From the NCBI GenBank assembly GCA_963758525.1, contig CAVWVQ010000003.1:3424001-3488000 (forward strand): a stretch of DNA of 64,000 nt, written 5' to 3'. A model generated the notes under the pieces. That model did not search any database. It was not told the origin of the DNA and saw only the letters and a list, made by a program, of their open reading frames with translations. Shown here piece by piece: positions 53,435 to 64,000 of the stretch; position 1 is the stretch's first letter; each line of letters begins with the position of its first letter. The stretch is from an uncultured Phycisphaerales bacterium. GTDB lineage: Bacteria; Planctomycetota; Phycisphaerae; Tepidisphaerales; Tepidisphaeraceae. The position numbers were made by a program, and so were the translations under genes.

Positions 53435-53650
53435 AAAGAGCCGCGAAGACGCGAAGACAGACGCGAAGAAGAAGGAGAGTAAAAAAAAGCGATTTCCACG
53501 GCTCGAGGGCGACGGGGCCCGCTTCCCCAGCGTTGAAAGGATCTCCTCCGCGCCATCTTCAGTCTCGCGCAGCTTCTCGTTTTCGTAACATGATGTTTTT
53601 CGATCTTCCTTCGCGTTTGTCTTCGCGCCTTCGCGTCTTCGCGGCTCTTT
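53435..53650. repeat. Single copy of the GCGAAG-type inverted-repeat element
   Basis: Same arms as the units of the 39983-41034 array, different interior. Confidence 0.8.
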
Positions 53651-53762
53651 GCTTTTGTTTTTTCCGGCAGTGCGACAATCAGGACCACTCGCGCAAATCA
53701 AAAGTCCACGAAGCACGCTTCGTGGACCTTGATCGATTGAATCGCATTGTACGGATTTAAGG

Positions 53763-54239
53763 CTACCAGGCGAAGTGGGCGAACGCCTTGTTGGCCTCGG
53801 CCATGCGGTGCGTGTCGTCGCGCTTCTTCATGGCAAGGCCCTCCTTGCGGTAGGCCGCCATCAGCTCGTCCGCCAGGCGGGCGTGCATCGGCCGGCCGCC
53901 CGCGGCGCGGCAGGCGTTGATCAGCCAGCGAAACGCCAGGCTCTGCTGACGCCGTTTGTTCACCTGCATGGGGACCTGATAGTTGGCCCCGCCGACGCGA
54001 CGGCTCCGCACCTCGACATACGGCTTGACGTTATTGATCGCGGTCTCGAACAGCTCCAGCGGCGGAACGTCCTTGTTCTTCTTGATCACCAGATCCATGG
54101 CTTCGTAAAAGAGCTTCTGCGCAACCGACTTCTTGCCTCCCCACATGAGGGAGTTGATGAACTTGCTGACCAGCTTGCTGTTATAGCGCGGGTCAGGCTT
54201 GAGCATTGCTTCGCTGGCGGTGAATTTCTTGTAAGCCAT
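53763..54239 (-). CDS. rpsG: 30S ribosomal protein S7
   Basis: VEVRSRRVGGANYQVP, HRMAEANKAFAHF. Confidence 0.99.
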   Translation of the reverse strand: MAYKKFTASEAMLKPDPRYNSKLVSKFINSLMWGGKKSVAQKLFYEAMDLVIKKNKDVPPLELFETAINNVKPYVEVRSRRVGGANYQVPMQVNKRRQQSLAFRWLINACRAAGGRPMHARLADELMAAYRKEGLAMKKRDDTHRMAEANKAFAHFAW

Positions 54240-54279
54240 AGGAAAGGGTTCAGGGTTCGGGGTTCAGGGTTTTAGTCTA

Positions 54280-54651
<372 letters not shown>

Positions 54652-54708
54652 ACGCTACCTTCGTTCCATCTTCCGCCGCGTTCCGCCACGGCAAATCGAA
54701 AGCGGGGC

Positions 54709-54737
54709 AGTATAAGGAGAGTCCCGCCGAGTCGCAA
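54709..54737 (-). promoter_or_regulatory. Putative sigma70 promoter of rpsL
   Basis: TTGCGA-N17-TATACT on the minus strand. Confidence 0.6.
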
Positions 54738-54762
54738 GTGGTGGGGGGGACGCTTGAAAATG

Positions 54763-54905
54763 GGGTGTGGCGCTCGAAAGTGGCGATCGGCTCCGAGTAG
54801 GGCGGGATTCATCCCGCCGATTTGTTGGCCGGCTGAGAAAACGGCGGGATGAATCCCGCCCTACGATCGCAAAATCTGCAATCGCCACAAATAAAAGGTA
54901 CACCC
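54763..54905 (+). mobile_element. 143-bp MITE, copy 3
   Basis: Perfect 8-bp TSD TGAAAATG at 54755-54762 and 54906-54913. Confidence 0.9.
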
Positions 54906-55056
54906 TGAAAATGAGGGCGTGGGGGAGATCGTTCATTTGACGCGGCCCGCCGGACGGACGAACCCCCACCCCAACCCTCCCCCAGACTACTAGGGGAGGG
55001 GCAAGAGCGGGATAAGCAGCAAATTTGGCTGCGCAGCTTGAGAGGGCTCTTGCAAC

Positions 55057-56380
55057 TCAAGAGCGGGACTTGGCGACGGCGGCGAAGGCCTTTTCGGCGG
55101 CGCGGATGGTTTCCTCAACCAGTTCATCAGTGTGGCTCAGGCTGACGAACATGGCTTCGTATTGCGACGGGGCCAGGTAGATTCCGTTGTCGAGCATCGC
55201 ATGGAAGAAAATCGCGTAGGCGGCGGTATCGCAACTGGTCGCGTCGGCGTAATTGCTGACTGGTTGGCCCGCGGTTTTGGTGAAGAACGGGGTGAGCATG
55301 GACGCCACGCGGTTGATCGTGACTGGCACTTTCGCCTCTTCCGCGGCGGCGGCGAGGCCGCTGGCGAGCATCGCGCCGTGCCATTCGAGCGCCTCGTAGG
55401 CGCCGCTTTCCTGCAAAACTTCGAGCGTTGCCAGGCCGCCCGCCATGGCAAGGGGATTGCCGCTGAGCGTTCCGGCCTGATAGACCTTGCCGGCGGGGCT
55501 GATCTGTTCCATGAGTTTTCGCGATCCGCCGTACGCTGCGCACGGCAATCCTCCGCCTATCACTTTGCCCAGACAGGTCAAATCGGGCGCGAGGTCATAC
55601 AGGACTTGCGCCGCCCCAGGCAACGCGGAACCCGGTCATCACTTCGTCGAAGATCAGCATTGCGCCGCTCTCGTCGCAGAGTCGTCGCAGGCCGCTCAGA
55701 TATCCCTCGGCTGGCGGAACCACGCCCATGTTTCCCGCAACGGGCTCGATGATGAACCCGGCAATGCGGTTTGCGTAAACTTGAAACAGCGACTTGGCGG
55801 CCTCGAGGTCGTTGTACGGCGCGACAATCGTGGCGGCGGCGATTGCCTCCGGCACGCCCGGACTGCTGGGCGTTCCCAACGTCAGCGCGCCGCTGCCGGC
55901 TTGCACGAGCATCCCGTCGGAGTGCCCGTGATAGCCGCCGGCGCATTTGATGATCAGGTCGCGCCCGGTGACCGCCCGCGCCAGGCGTACGGCGCTCATC
56001 GTCGCCTCGGTGCCGCTGTTCACAAAGCGGATCATGTCGACGGCGGGCAGTGCTCCGATGATGACCGAGGCGAGCTGTGTCTCCAATTCGGTGGGCGCGC
56101 CGAAGCTTGTCCCACGCCCGATGGCTTTGGAGAGAGCGGCGACCACCCGCTCGTTGGTATGACCGGCGATGAGCGGGCCGTAGCTTCCCACGTAGTCGAC
56201 GTAGGTGTTGCCATCGATGTCCTTGAGATGAGCCCCTTCGCCTTCACGAATGAAAAGGGGGGTGCCGCCCACCGCCTTGAACGCCCGCACCGGAGAACTC
56301 ACTCCGCCTGGCATAACGGCGTTGGCCTCGGTGAACGCGGCTTGGGAGTCAACGATGCTTCGCACTTCTTGTTCGCCCAT
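55057..56380 (-). CDS. hemL: Glutamate-1-semialdehyde 2,1-aminomutase (frameshift ~55610)
   Basis: [54 protein letters not shown]. Confidence 0.95.
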
Positions 56381-56553
56381 GCTCGGCGCGATCTTAAAAG
56401 GGGGTCCGGCCGAAGGCAAATCCGCTTGCCATACTGGCAGCAGTATCAGGTCGACTGTCGAATTGGCACTCGCGGCCTCGGCTGGCTGATCGGGCGTGCT
56501 CGCTTATGTACGTGCAGGAGCAAGGCTTGGAGCGATCTGGCGGACGAAATGCA

Positions 56554-56568
56554 TGGCACATTCTTTGC
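56554..56568 (+). promoter_or_regulatory. Sigma54 (-24/-12) promoter upstream of dnaK
   Basis: TGGCAC-ATTCT-TTGC, 60 bp before the ATG. Confidence 0.65.
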
Positions 56569-56628
56569 GACAGCGTGCCTAGTCCCGCGGGTATTTCCCT
56601 CGGGTTCAATCCTAGAAGGAGCCGTTTC

Positions 56629-58533
56629 ATGGCGAAGATCATTGGAATTGACTTGGGCACGACCAACAGCGTGGTTGCCATCATGGAAGGAGATCAGCCA
56701 AAGGTGCTGATTAATTCCCAGGGGAGCCGGCTGACGCCGTCAGTCGTTGCCTTTACGGAGAAGGGCGATCGTCTGATCGGTCAGACCGCCAAGCATCAAC
56801 AAATCACCAATCCGAAAAACACGATTTTCTCGATCAAGCGATTCATGGGGCGTCGTCACAGCGAAGTGGGCCAGGAAGAAAAGATGGTCCCATACGAAGT
56901 GGTCGGCGGGCCGCAGGAGTATGTGAAGGTGCGTGTTCGGGGCAAAGACTACACCCCCGAGCAGATCTCCGCGTTTATTCTGCAGGATTTGAAAAAGACC
57001 GCCGAGGATTACCTGGGCGAGAAGGTGACGGACGCGGTGATCACCGTTCCGGCATACTTCAACGACGCGCAGCGCAAAGCGACCAAGGATGCCGGCGAGA
57101 TCGCGGGGCTCAAGGTGCTTCGCGTGCTTCCCGAACCGACCGCGGCTGCGCTCGCGTACGGGCTGGACAAGAAAAAGAACGAGAAGATCTGCGTCTTCGA
57201 TCTGGGCGGCGGCACGTTTGACGTGTCGGTGCTTGACGTCGGCGACGGGGTCTTCGAGGTTCTCTCGATCAATGGGGACACTCACCTCGGCGGCGACGAC
57301 TTCGACCAGGTGCTGATCAATTTCCTGGCCGATGAATTCAAGCGCACCGAGGGGATCGATCTCCGCAAAGACGCGATGGCGCTGCAGCGTCTGAAGGAGT
57401 CGGCTGAAAAAGCCAAGATCGAGCTTTCCACGGCGATGGAAGCGACCGTGAATCTGCCGTTCATCACGGCGGACCAGAGCGGCCCCAAGCACCTGCAGAT
57501 CACCGTGACGCGCACCAAGTTTGAGCAACTGATCGGTCCGCTGGTCGATAAGTGCCGCAAGCCGTTGCTGGATGCGCTGTCCGATGCGAAGCTGCAGCCG
57601 GAGAAAATCGATGAAGTTGTGCTGGTCGGCGGATCGACGCGGGTCCCGATGGTGCAGCGCATGGTCAAGGAGCTGTTCAAAGGCAAAGAGCCGAACCGCA
57701 GCGTGAATCCCGACGAAGTGGTTGCCATTGGCGCCGCCATTCAGGGCGCGATCGCAACCGGCGATGTGAAGGACATTCTGGTTCTTGACGCCACGCCGCT
57801 TTCGCTGGGAGTCGAAACGCTGGGCGGCGTGATGACTCCGCTGATTGCCCGCAATACCACCATCCCCAGCAGCAAGAAGGAAGTCTTCTCCACTGCCTCG
57901 GACAATCAGAACGCGGTCACGATCAACGTCCTGCAGGGCGAACGTGAATTCGCCAAGGACAACCGTCTGCTCGGCACCTTCAATCTGACCGACATTCCGC
58001 CCGCTCCGCGAGGAGTGCCGCAGATCGAGGTCAGCTTCAACATCGATGTCAACGGCATCCTGACCGTGTCGGCAAAGGAGCTGGGCACCGGCAAGGAAAG
58101 CAAGGTGACCATCCAGAACAGCGGCGGCCTTTCCAAGGAAGAGATCGAGAAGATGAAGCGCGACGCCGAGGTCCATGCCGCCGAAGACAAGAAGCGGCGT
58201 GAGACGATTGAGTTGAAGAATCAGGCGGAGAATCTGGCGTTTCAGACGGAGAAGGCGCTGAAGGACAACGGAGAGAAAGTCTCCGCCGACGTCCGCAGCG
58301 GGGCCGAAAGCGCGTTGAATGCGTTGAAAGACGCGATCGGCAGCGACGACGCCGACCGGATGAAGAAGACGATGGAGAATCTCCACGTGATTCTTCACAA
58401 CCTCGGCGCCGCGGCCGGCAGCGCCGGCGCCGGCCCCACGCCGCCACCGAGCGATCGCGCCACCGGCGGCCCGACCGGCGAAGCGAAGAAGGACGAAGAC
58501 GTCATCGACGCCGAGTACGAAGTGAAGGAGTAA
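56629..58533 (+). CDS. dnaK: Chaperone DnaK
   Basis: [38 protein letters not shown]. Confidence 0.99.
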   Translation: MAKIIGIDLGTTNSVVAIMEGDQPKVLINSQGSRLTPSVVAFTEKGDRLIGQTAKHQQITNPKNTIFSIKRFMGRRHSEVGQEEKMVPYEVVGGPQEYVKVRVRGKDYTPEQISAFILQDLKKTAEDYLGEKVTDAVITVPAYFNDAQRKATKDAGEIAGLKVLRVLPEPTAAALAYGLDKKKNEKICVFDLGGGTFDVSVLDVGDGVFEVLSINGDTHLGGDDFDQVLINFLADEFKRTEGIDLRKDAMALQRLKESAEKAKIELSTAMEATVNLPFITADQSGPKHLQITVTRTKFEQLIGPLVDKCRKPLLDALSDAKLQPEKIDEVVLVGGSTRVPMVQRMVKELFKGKEPNRSVNPDEVVAIGAAIQGAIATGDVKDILVLDATPLSLGVETLGGVMTPLIARNTTIPSSKKEVFSTASDNQNAVTINVLQGEREFAKDNRLLGTFNLTDIPPAPRGVPQIEVSFNIDVNGILTVSAKELGTGKESKVTIQNSGGLSKEEIEKMKRDAEVHAAEDKKRRETIELKNQAENLAFQTEKALKDNGEKVSADVRSGAESALNALKDAIGSDDADRMKKTMENLHVILHNLGAAAGSAGAGPTPPPSDRATGGPTGEAKKDEDVIDAEYEVKE

Positions 58534-58548
58534 CCGGGCGTTTCATTA

Positions 58549-58857
58549 TTATTTCGATAGAGACCACCTCGGCGGGCGCAAAGAATCGCGCCCGCCGTTG
58601 TTTTTGCGGGCGCGCGGCGCGTAGGGTGGGGAACGATTCTCCGCCGACGGAGTGGTGCTTGTAATGTCCGGAGTTGTTCGGTGGAGAACGACGGGGAACC
58701 CGCGGCGGCCGGGTTGAGCCTGGTGCCGCATGCCGTAGCGTCCTATGAAAAAGCCGATGATAAACATCACCGTCGCGGCGATCGCCAGAATTACGAGAAA
58801 AGCCGTCACCATTTGATCCAGCATTTCTCCCATATTTGCGATGACGGTGCCATTCAT
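58549..58857 (-). CDS. Small single-pass membrane hypothetical protein
   Basis: One TM segment followed by RRGFPV. Confidence 0.45.
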   Translation of the reverse strand: MNGTVIANMGEMLDQMVTAFLVILAIAATVMFIIGFFIGRYGMRHQAQPGRRGFPVVLHRTTPDITSTTPSAENRSPPYAPRARKNNGGRDSLRPPRWSLSK

Positions 58858-58999
58858 GCTTGTAATCCGAGGAAAACCCTCGGGATGATGTCGCGTTGGC
58901 GACTTGGCGACCCGCCGTTAACCCGAGTTGCGTAAATTGGGCTAACCGCTCCACCAGTCAACCTTCGCGGCTTGACCCTTCGTCCGCTATCATAGCATC

Positions 59000-59509
59000 A
59001 TGCTCGATAAGTCGTTCACAAAATGGTGGTTGGTGAGGGTGCAGCCGTTTCGGGAAGTGCCCAATGAAAAGCTGTCGGCCGAGCGCGAGGCGATGGCCCG
59101 CCAGCAGGATTACAACCGCAACTACGCAGAATTTTTGAACAACGCTGTTTTTCCCGCGGTCGACAACCTCGTGCAGGTGCTGGCTAAAGCGAACATCGTG
59201 CATCGCGTTTCAACCTGGGGGAACCAGCTTTCGTTGCGGGTGCATCTCGCGTGGCGGTGGGGGGAGTTGGTGATCATGCAGAGCCATGAGGATTGTGTGA
59301 CATTCGAGCATCACATCATTACGGAAGGCGAGAAACGCGGCGATGACTCCGCCGAGGACCACTCTCATCAGTACGACCTGCGCGACGCCATTCCCGCGGC
59401 GATCGCCAGCGAGCAGATTCAATTTTTCCTGGGCCGGCTGGCGCAGGATCTGGTGGAGCCCGAGCCCGAGCCGGAGATTCCTCCGGGCGAAACGCCGCCG
59501 GTGGGGTGA
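59000..59509 (+). CDS. Hypothetical protein
   Basis: 169-aa ORF with typical codon usage. Confidence 0.7.
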   Translation: MLDKSFTKWWLVRVQPFREVPNEKLSAEREAMARQQDYNRNYAEFLNNAVFPAVDNLVQVLAKANIVHRVSTWGNQLSLRVHLAWRWGELVIMQSHEDCVTFEHHIITEGEKRGDDSAEDHSHQYDLRDAIPAAIASEQIQFFLGRLAQDLVEPEPEPEIPPGETPPVG

Positions 59510-59537
59510 GGCGCACGGGCGCAACGCAATCCCGTCC

Positions 59538-59691
59538 GTGCGCGCGGCACTCAGAATCGTTTAGCCGCCTCGCTTGCGAGGCGCGGCAAGCGGTGCGGAT
59601 GCCTGGCTTGGCGCGGTTGGAACAGTTGCGCCGCCAGACACGCCTCGCGAGCGAGGCGGCTAACTAAAGGATTTGGAGTGCTGCGCACACG
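59538..59691. repeat. Second copy of the TTAGCCGCCTCGC REPIN-like element
   Basis: Arms match 5649-5801. Confidence 0.75.
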
Positions 59692-59772
59692 TTGAGGAGT
59701 TGAGGGGAGTTGAGGATCTCTTGATGGCGGCGGCTGGTTAATTCTCCCGCCCGCTCCTAACATTGGTCAACG

Positions 59773-60159
59773 ATGTCGAAACAGCCATCAGCTCGTCGTG
59801 TGGAATATGACGTGATTGAGCCGACCGGCAAGCGCGTTGTCATTCGCAAGGACGACAACAAGCGGCAGACGCGCGGAGGCATCGTGTTGCCCGACAGCCA
59901 CGAGATTCCAGTCATCACCGGTCGCGTGATCGCGATCAGCAAGGCGATCGAGAACGACGAGGACGAAACCATCCGGCAATACGACAAGGTGCTCTTCGAC
60001 CCGCGCGAAGCGATCCCCGTTGAGCTCGAGCACGACAATCGGTTGTTCGTCGTGGGCATCGATCGTGTGCTGGCAATCTTTCGCCGGTCGGACAAGAACA
60101 AGGCGTCTGTCCAGGACGCGTCGGACAGCGGCGCCCAAGACGATCCGGACCCCCTTTGA
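59773..60159 (+). CDS. groES: GroES family co-chaperonin (divergent, no adjacent groEL)
   Basis: IEPTGKRVVIR..QTRGGIVLPD..GRVIAI..DKVLF. Confidence 0.8.
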   Translation: MSKQPSARRVEYDVIEPTGKRVVIRKDDNKRQTRGGIVLPDSHEIPVITGRVIAISKAIENDEDETIRQYDKVLFDPREAIPVELEHDNRLFVVGIDRVLAIFRRSDKNKASVQDASDSGAQDDPDPL

Positions 60160-60175
60160 GCAAGGATGTATCGCG

Positions 60176-60574
60176 ATGTCACAGCGCGTTGTATTAGTCG
60201 GTCATTGCGGCCCGGACAGCAGCTATCTTCGAATCTCCGTTGCCAACGCGCTCCCGGGCGCGAAGGTTTCCGCCGTTGACGATGCGGTTGAACTGGAACA
60301 AGGCATTAAGAGCGGCGTTGATTTGCTGCTGGTCAACCGCCTGCTCGATTACGGATTTGAGGAAACTGAAGGCGTCACGCTGATCCGCAACCTGCGATTG
60401 CGCCATCCGGAGTTAAAGGCGATTCTTGTCAGCAATTACCCCGAAGCGCAGAACGCCGCGATTGCCGCGGGGGCGGTGGGCGCTTTCGGAAAGCGCGAGC
60501 TTGGAACGCCGCGCGTGACGGAACTGCTGCGTGAGGTGCTCAAGACCAACGGGCAGGGCTCTGCGGTCAAGTGA
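60176..60574 (+). CDS. Atypical single-domain receiver-like protein
   Basis: VVLVGHCGPD, DLLLVNR (N in place of the phospho-Asp), ILVSN, FGK. Confidence 0.65.
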   Translation: MSQRVVLVGHCGPDSSYLRISVANALPGAKVSAVDDAVELEQGIKSGVDLLLVNRLLDYGFEETEGVTLIRNLRLRHPELKAILVSNYPEAQNAAIAAGAVGAFGKRELGTPRVTELLREVLKTNGQGSAVK

Positions 60575-60584
60575 CTGATCTGCC

Positions 60585-61558
60585 CTACGCCGCGTGAGGT
60601 TGGCGCAGCACTTCCGAGGCCTGCTGGACGCAGTTTTTCCCGCGGCGTTTGGCGGCATAGAGGGCAGCATCCGCATGCCGCAGAATCCGCTCGGGCGTGG
60701 CGGATTCTGGCGATCGCGCAGCCACGCCGGCGCTGATCGTCGCGCCCACGCATGCGGCCTCCACCGCGGCGCGGTAGCGATCGGCCGCCAGCGCGGCGCC
60801 GCTCTCATTCTGGTGCGGCATGATAATGAGGAACTCTTCACCGCCATGGCGGATGACGACATCGGTGTCCCTGGCGGTCGAGCGCAACACCATGCCGACG
60901 TTGCGCAGCACCACGTCACCGCCGCCGTGCCCCATCGTGTCATTGATCCGCTTGAAGTTGTCGATGTCGATCATCGCGCAGGAAAGCTGCTGATCGTAGC
61001 GCACCGAAATGCGCCACTCCTCGTCCAATCGCTCCAGGCCGCAGCGGCGGTTGAGCAGGCCGGTGAGCGTATCCGTTGACGCCAGGGACTGCAGCTTGTT
61101 GTTCAGCATCGCGAGCCGGTTGCTCATCCGCTGCCCGACCAGCGCGCGAGCGGCCAGCGATCGTTGCAGGCTGACTGTGCGCGCGCCGCGCGCAGACGGG
61201 CGAACAACTCGGCGGATTTGAACGGCTTGGTCAGGTAGTCGTCTGCACCGGCATCCAGCGCCTCGACAATCCGATGCGTGGCAGAGTGCACCGTCAGCAT
61301 GATGACATACGGCGGCGGGGTCCCAAGCGAACGAAGCTCCCGGCAGACGGCAGGCCCCTGCAATTCGGGCATGACCCAATCCAGTATCACGATCTGCGGG
61401 CGATGCCTTTGGACGATCCGCAGCGCTTCGTGGCCATCTTTGGCCGCCATGGAGGGGAAGCCGGCCGCGGCCAGTTGTCTTTCCAGCAGGGCGAACGTCA
61501 GCGGATCGTCGTCGACCACCAGCACGGTCGGTTTTCGCGCGCGATTGCCAGTAGTCAT
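60585..61558 (-). CDS. Response regulator diguanylate cyclase (REC-GGDEF; frameshift ~61185)
   Basis: VLVVDDD, ILDWVMP, DDYLTKP; DTLTGLLNRR, DIDNFKRIND, RDTD I-site, GGEEF. Confidence 0.9.
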
Positions 61559-62571
61559 GCGGCCTCCAAAAGCTTCTCCGCGAAACGGTTCGCGATATCG
61601 ATAAATTGCTGCTCGCACGCGAGGAACGTCTCAACGATGCGCGGATCGAAGTGGGTGCCGCTCTCTGCGAGGATGATCGACTTGGCCACTTCGTGCTGGA
61701 ACGCGGCCTTGTACACGCGCTTGGTGGTCAATGCATCGTATACGTCGGCCAGCGCGACGATTCTTCCGCTGAGCGGGATGTCGGTCGCCTTCAGTCCCTT
61801 TGGGTATCCGGTGCCGTCGAACCGCTCGTGATGGGTCGCGGCGATTTCGCGCGCCATTCTCAGGAACTTCGCTTCAGGATGCTGCTTGAGCGCGGCGTCG
61901 AGGGTCTCGGCGCCGAGCATCGCGTGTGATTTCATAATCGTGAACTCACGATCGCTCAGTCGGCCGGGCTTGAGAAGGACACAGTCGGGAATGGCGACCT
62001 TGCCGATATCGTGAAGCGGACTGGTTTCGTAGATCAGGCGGACAAATCCGTCATTGGCCTCCGCCGCGAATTCCGGCCGCCCCGACAGATGGTGCGCCAG
62101 CGCCCGGGAATAACAGCAGACGCGCTCCAGGTGCGCCCCGGTTTCCGGGTCGCGGGATTCGGCGAGCTTCGCCAGGGCGAAGATCGTCAGATCGCGCTGC
62201 TCGAGAGAAAGGATGCGCTCCCCGATGCGGATGCGAACGGCCAATTCCGCGGGATTGAAGGGCTTGGTCATGAAGTCGTCGGCGCCAGCGCCGAGTCCTT
62301 CAACGGTGTCGGCGGAGCTGTCCCGCGAGCTGAGCAAAATGAGATAGACGTACCCCGCCGAGTCGCGCGATCGCAGCGCCCGGCACAGCTCGACTCCGTT
62401 CATCTCCGGCATTTCCCAGTCGCAGATCAACAGGCGCACGGAACCGCTCTGGACAATCTCCAGCGCCTCCCGCCCGTTCTTGGCGCTGAGAACCTCGTGT
62501 CCGAGCTTCTGCAGCGAATGCCGCAGAAGCGCCAGGGCCATCGGATCGTCATCAACGATGAGAATTCGCAT
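61555..62571 (-). CDS. Response regulator HD-GYP phosphodiesterase (RpfG-like)
   Basis: REC domain plus ETGAHLERV, LHDIGK, HHERFDGTGYP, ADVYDAL. Confidence 0.95.
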   Translation of the reverse strand: MRILIVDDDPMALALLRHSLQKLGHEVLSAKNGREALEIVQSGSVRLLICDWEMPEMNGVELCRALRSRDSAGYVYLILLSSRDSSADTVEGLGAGADDFMTKPFNPAELAVRIRIGERILSLEQRDLTIFALAKLAESRDPETGAHLERVCCYSRALAHHLSGRPEFAAEANDGFVRLIYETSPLHDIGKVAIPDCVLLKPGRLSDREFTIMKSHAMLGAETLDAALKQHPEAKFLRMAREIAATHHERFDGTGYPKGLKATDIPLSGRIVALADVYDALTTKRVYKAAFQHEVAKSIILAESGTHFDPRIVETFLACEQQFIDIANRFAEKLLEAA

Positions 62572-62574
62572 CGG

Positions 62575-64000
62575 CTACTCCGAAGCTCCGTTTCCTTTTG
62601 ATCGCGACGCTTTCGAACCGCCGGCAGGTGTGCCGCCTTCCATATGCTCGCGAACAAATTCGACGCATCGCTGCATCTCGGCCTGCAGCAGCTCCATGGT
62701 TTGCTGAGCTTCGCTCAGCGTGGCGGCTCGACCCAGCTCCTCCAGCTTGGCCGCGTACGCGCTCATTCTCTGGGCGGAAAGATTCGCTGAAGACCCTTTC
62801 AGGCCGTGTGCCAGCCGGGAGACCCGTGCAGGATCCGCGGCGATGACACTCGCGCCCAGGTCGGCAATCTGACGCGGCGCCTGTTCCAGGAAGAGCGAGA
62901 GCATTTGAGACGCGAACTCCGCGTCGCCAAGACAGCGCTCCTGCAGCGAAGCAATGTCGATCGGAGGAGCAGAAGGGGCATCTGCCGAGACCGGCGCCAC
63001 TGCCGTCGCTTCCGGCGTCGCGTCGGCCTGCGGGCGCTGATTGAGAATCCGATCAATCGTGGCGATGAGCTGGCGCTGGTCGAGCGGCTTGGACAGATAG
63101 TCATCCATCCCGCATTCGAGGCAATGTTCGCGGTCACCTTTGATGGCGTTGGCGGTGAGGGCGACGATCGGAACTCTTCGATGCACCGCAGCCTCCGCTT
63201 CCCTCCGCCGAATTTCCATCGTGGCGGTGAAGCCGTCCATGATCGGCATCTGGCAGTCCATCAACACCAGCTCATAATGCGCGGACATCGCCGCTTCCAC
63301 GGCCTTGGCCCCGTCGCCCACCACATCACACTGAAATCCGGCCCGCCCCAGCAGCTCGCAAGCGACGAACTGGTTGATCTCGTTGTCCTCGGCGAGAAGG
63401 ATCCGCGCATCGGAAGTGGGGCGGGCGGTGCGTCCCGCGGCAGCAGCACGTGGTGCATCGAGCGTGTCGCCCGCGATTTGCCGCATCACAGTGTCCAGAA
63501 GCTGCGATTGCCGAAGCGGCTTGGTCACCTGATCGCCAAATCCGGCTTCGCGGGCGCGCTCGATCTCCACGGGTGTTTCGATGGAAGACAGGAGCACCAG
63601 AGCCGTATCGCGCAGCAGGATGTCGGCGCGCACCTCGCGAGCAAACGTTGCCGAGTTCGTCCCCGGCATGAGCATGTCGATCATCGCCAGACGGTACGGG
63701 TCGCCCGAGGCGGCGGCTTCACGAAGACGTTGCATCGCCTCCGCGCCGCCCGCAACTGCCGTGGCGCGCATGCCCCAGGCCGTCAGTTGCTCGCACAGCG
63801 CCTCGCGCGGCGCCTCCGTGTCGTCTGCCACCAGTGCCCGAACACCGCGAAGGTCCACCAGCAGTTGCGCGCCAGGCCCCGGATCCGATGCAGCCGGCTC
63901 CAGCGGCACCGTAAAGGAAAAAGTGGAGCCCTCGTTCGCCGCGCTCTGCACCGAGATGGTTCCGCCGAGCGCTTCGACGATCTGCTTGCTGATTGCCAGA
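62575..64000 (-). CDS. Hybrid histidine kinase, 3' part (HATPase end, two REC domains, Hpt)
   Basis: GSTFSF, LLAEDNEINQ, LMDCQMP, DDYLSKP, AHGLKGSSANL. Confidence 0.93.
   Translation of the reverse strand, partial: LAISKQIVEALGGTISVQSAANEGSTFSFTVPLEPAASDPGPGAQLLVDLRGVRALVADDTEAPREALCEQLTAWGMRATAVAGGAEAMQRLREAAASGDPYRLAMIDMLMPGTNSATFAREVRADILLRDTALVLLSSIETPVEIERAREAGFGDQVTKPLRQSQLLDTVMRQIAGDTLDAPRAAAAGRTARPTSDARILLAEDNEINQFVACELLGRAGFQCDVVGDGAKAVEAAMSAHYELVLMDCQMPIMDGFTATMEIRRREAEAAVHRRVPIVALTANAIKGDREHCLECGMDDYLSKPLDQRQLIATIDRILNQRPQADATPEATAVAPVSADAPSAPPIDIASLQERCLGDAEFASQMLSLFLEQAPRQIADLGASVIAADPARVSRLAHGLKGSSANLSAQRMSAYAAKLEELGRAATLSEAQQTMELLQAEMQRCVEFVREHMEGGTPAGGSKASRSKGNGASE

Noticed and set aside
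59545..59685. CIRCE element upstream of groES
   Set aside because: GGCACTC and GAGTGCT are the arms of a dispersed repeat over 100 bp apart, not the 9-bp spacing of CIRCE.

Overview
GC-rich bacterial DNA, most likely Planctomycetota (Phycisphaerae/Tepidisphaerales-like). This is inferred from a LEPRxLL-type extracellular protein motif and the gene content. Many conserved genes carry single-base frameshifts, which most likely reflect long-read assembly indels. Housekeeping genes: htpG, cimA, uppS-cdsA, phoH-HDIG-ybeY-CBS, serS, rpsL-rpsG, hemL, dnaK, a solitary groES and a c-di-GMP phosphorelay. Accessory content: (i) a DUF692/MNIO bufferin-type RiPP cluster with a 6-Cys precursor next to a zinc anti-sigma factor; (ii) an exported redox module (2 Tat Gfo/Idh/MocA enzymes, FGE-like protein, ApbE, cytochrome b562-like protein); (iii) a PL4 rhamnogalacturonan lyase; (iv) a decayed toxin-antitoxin island; (v) a ~9.4 kb mosaic (42.1-51.5 kb) of RHS toxin/immunity fragments whose breakpoints coincide with the inverted-repeat ends of Y1/HUH (RAYT-like) transposase elements. 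That mosaic is my best candidate for an undescribed toxin-diversification system. Non-coding highlights: an Ile-rich leader-peptide attenuator upstream of cimA, a 143-bp MITE (3 copies, 8-bp target duplications) carrying a GTAG-REP doublet, a ~6 x 178-bp tandem palindromic array, a sigma54-type promoter at dnaK and many REP-like families. All calls come from reading motifs by eye; no searches were run.
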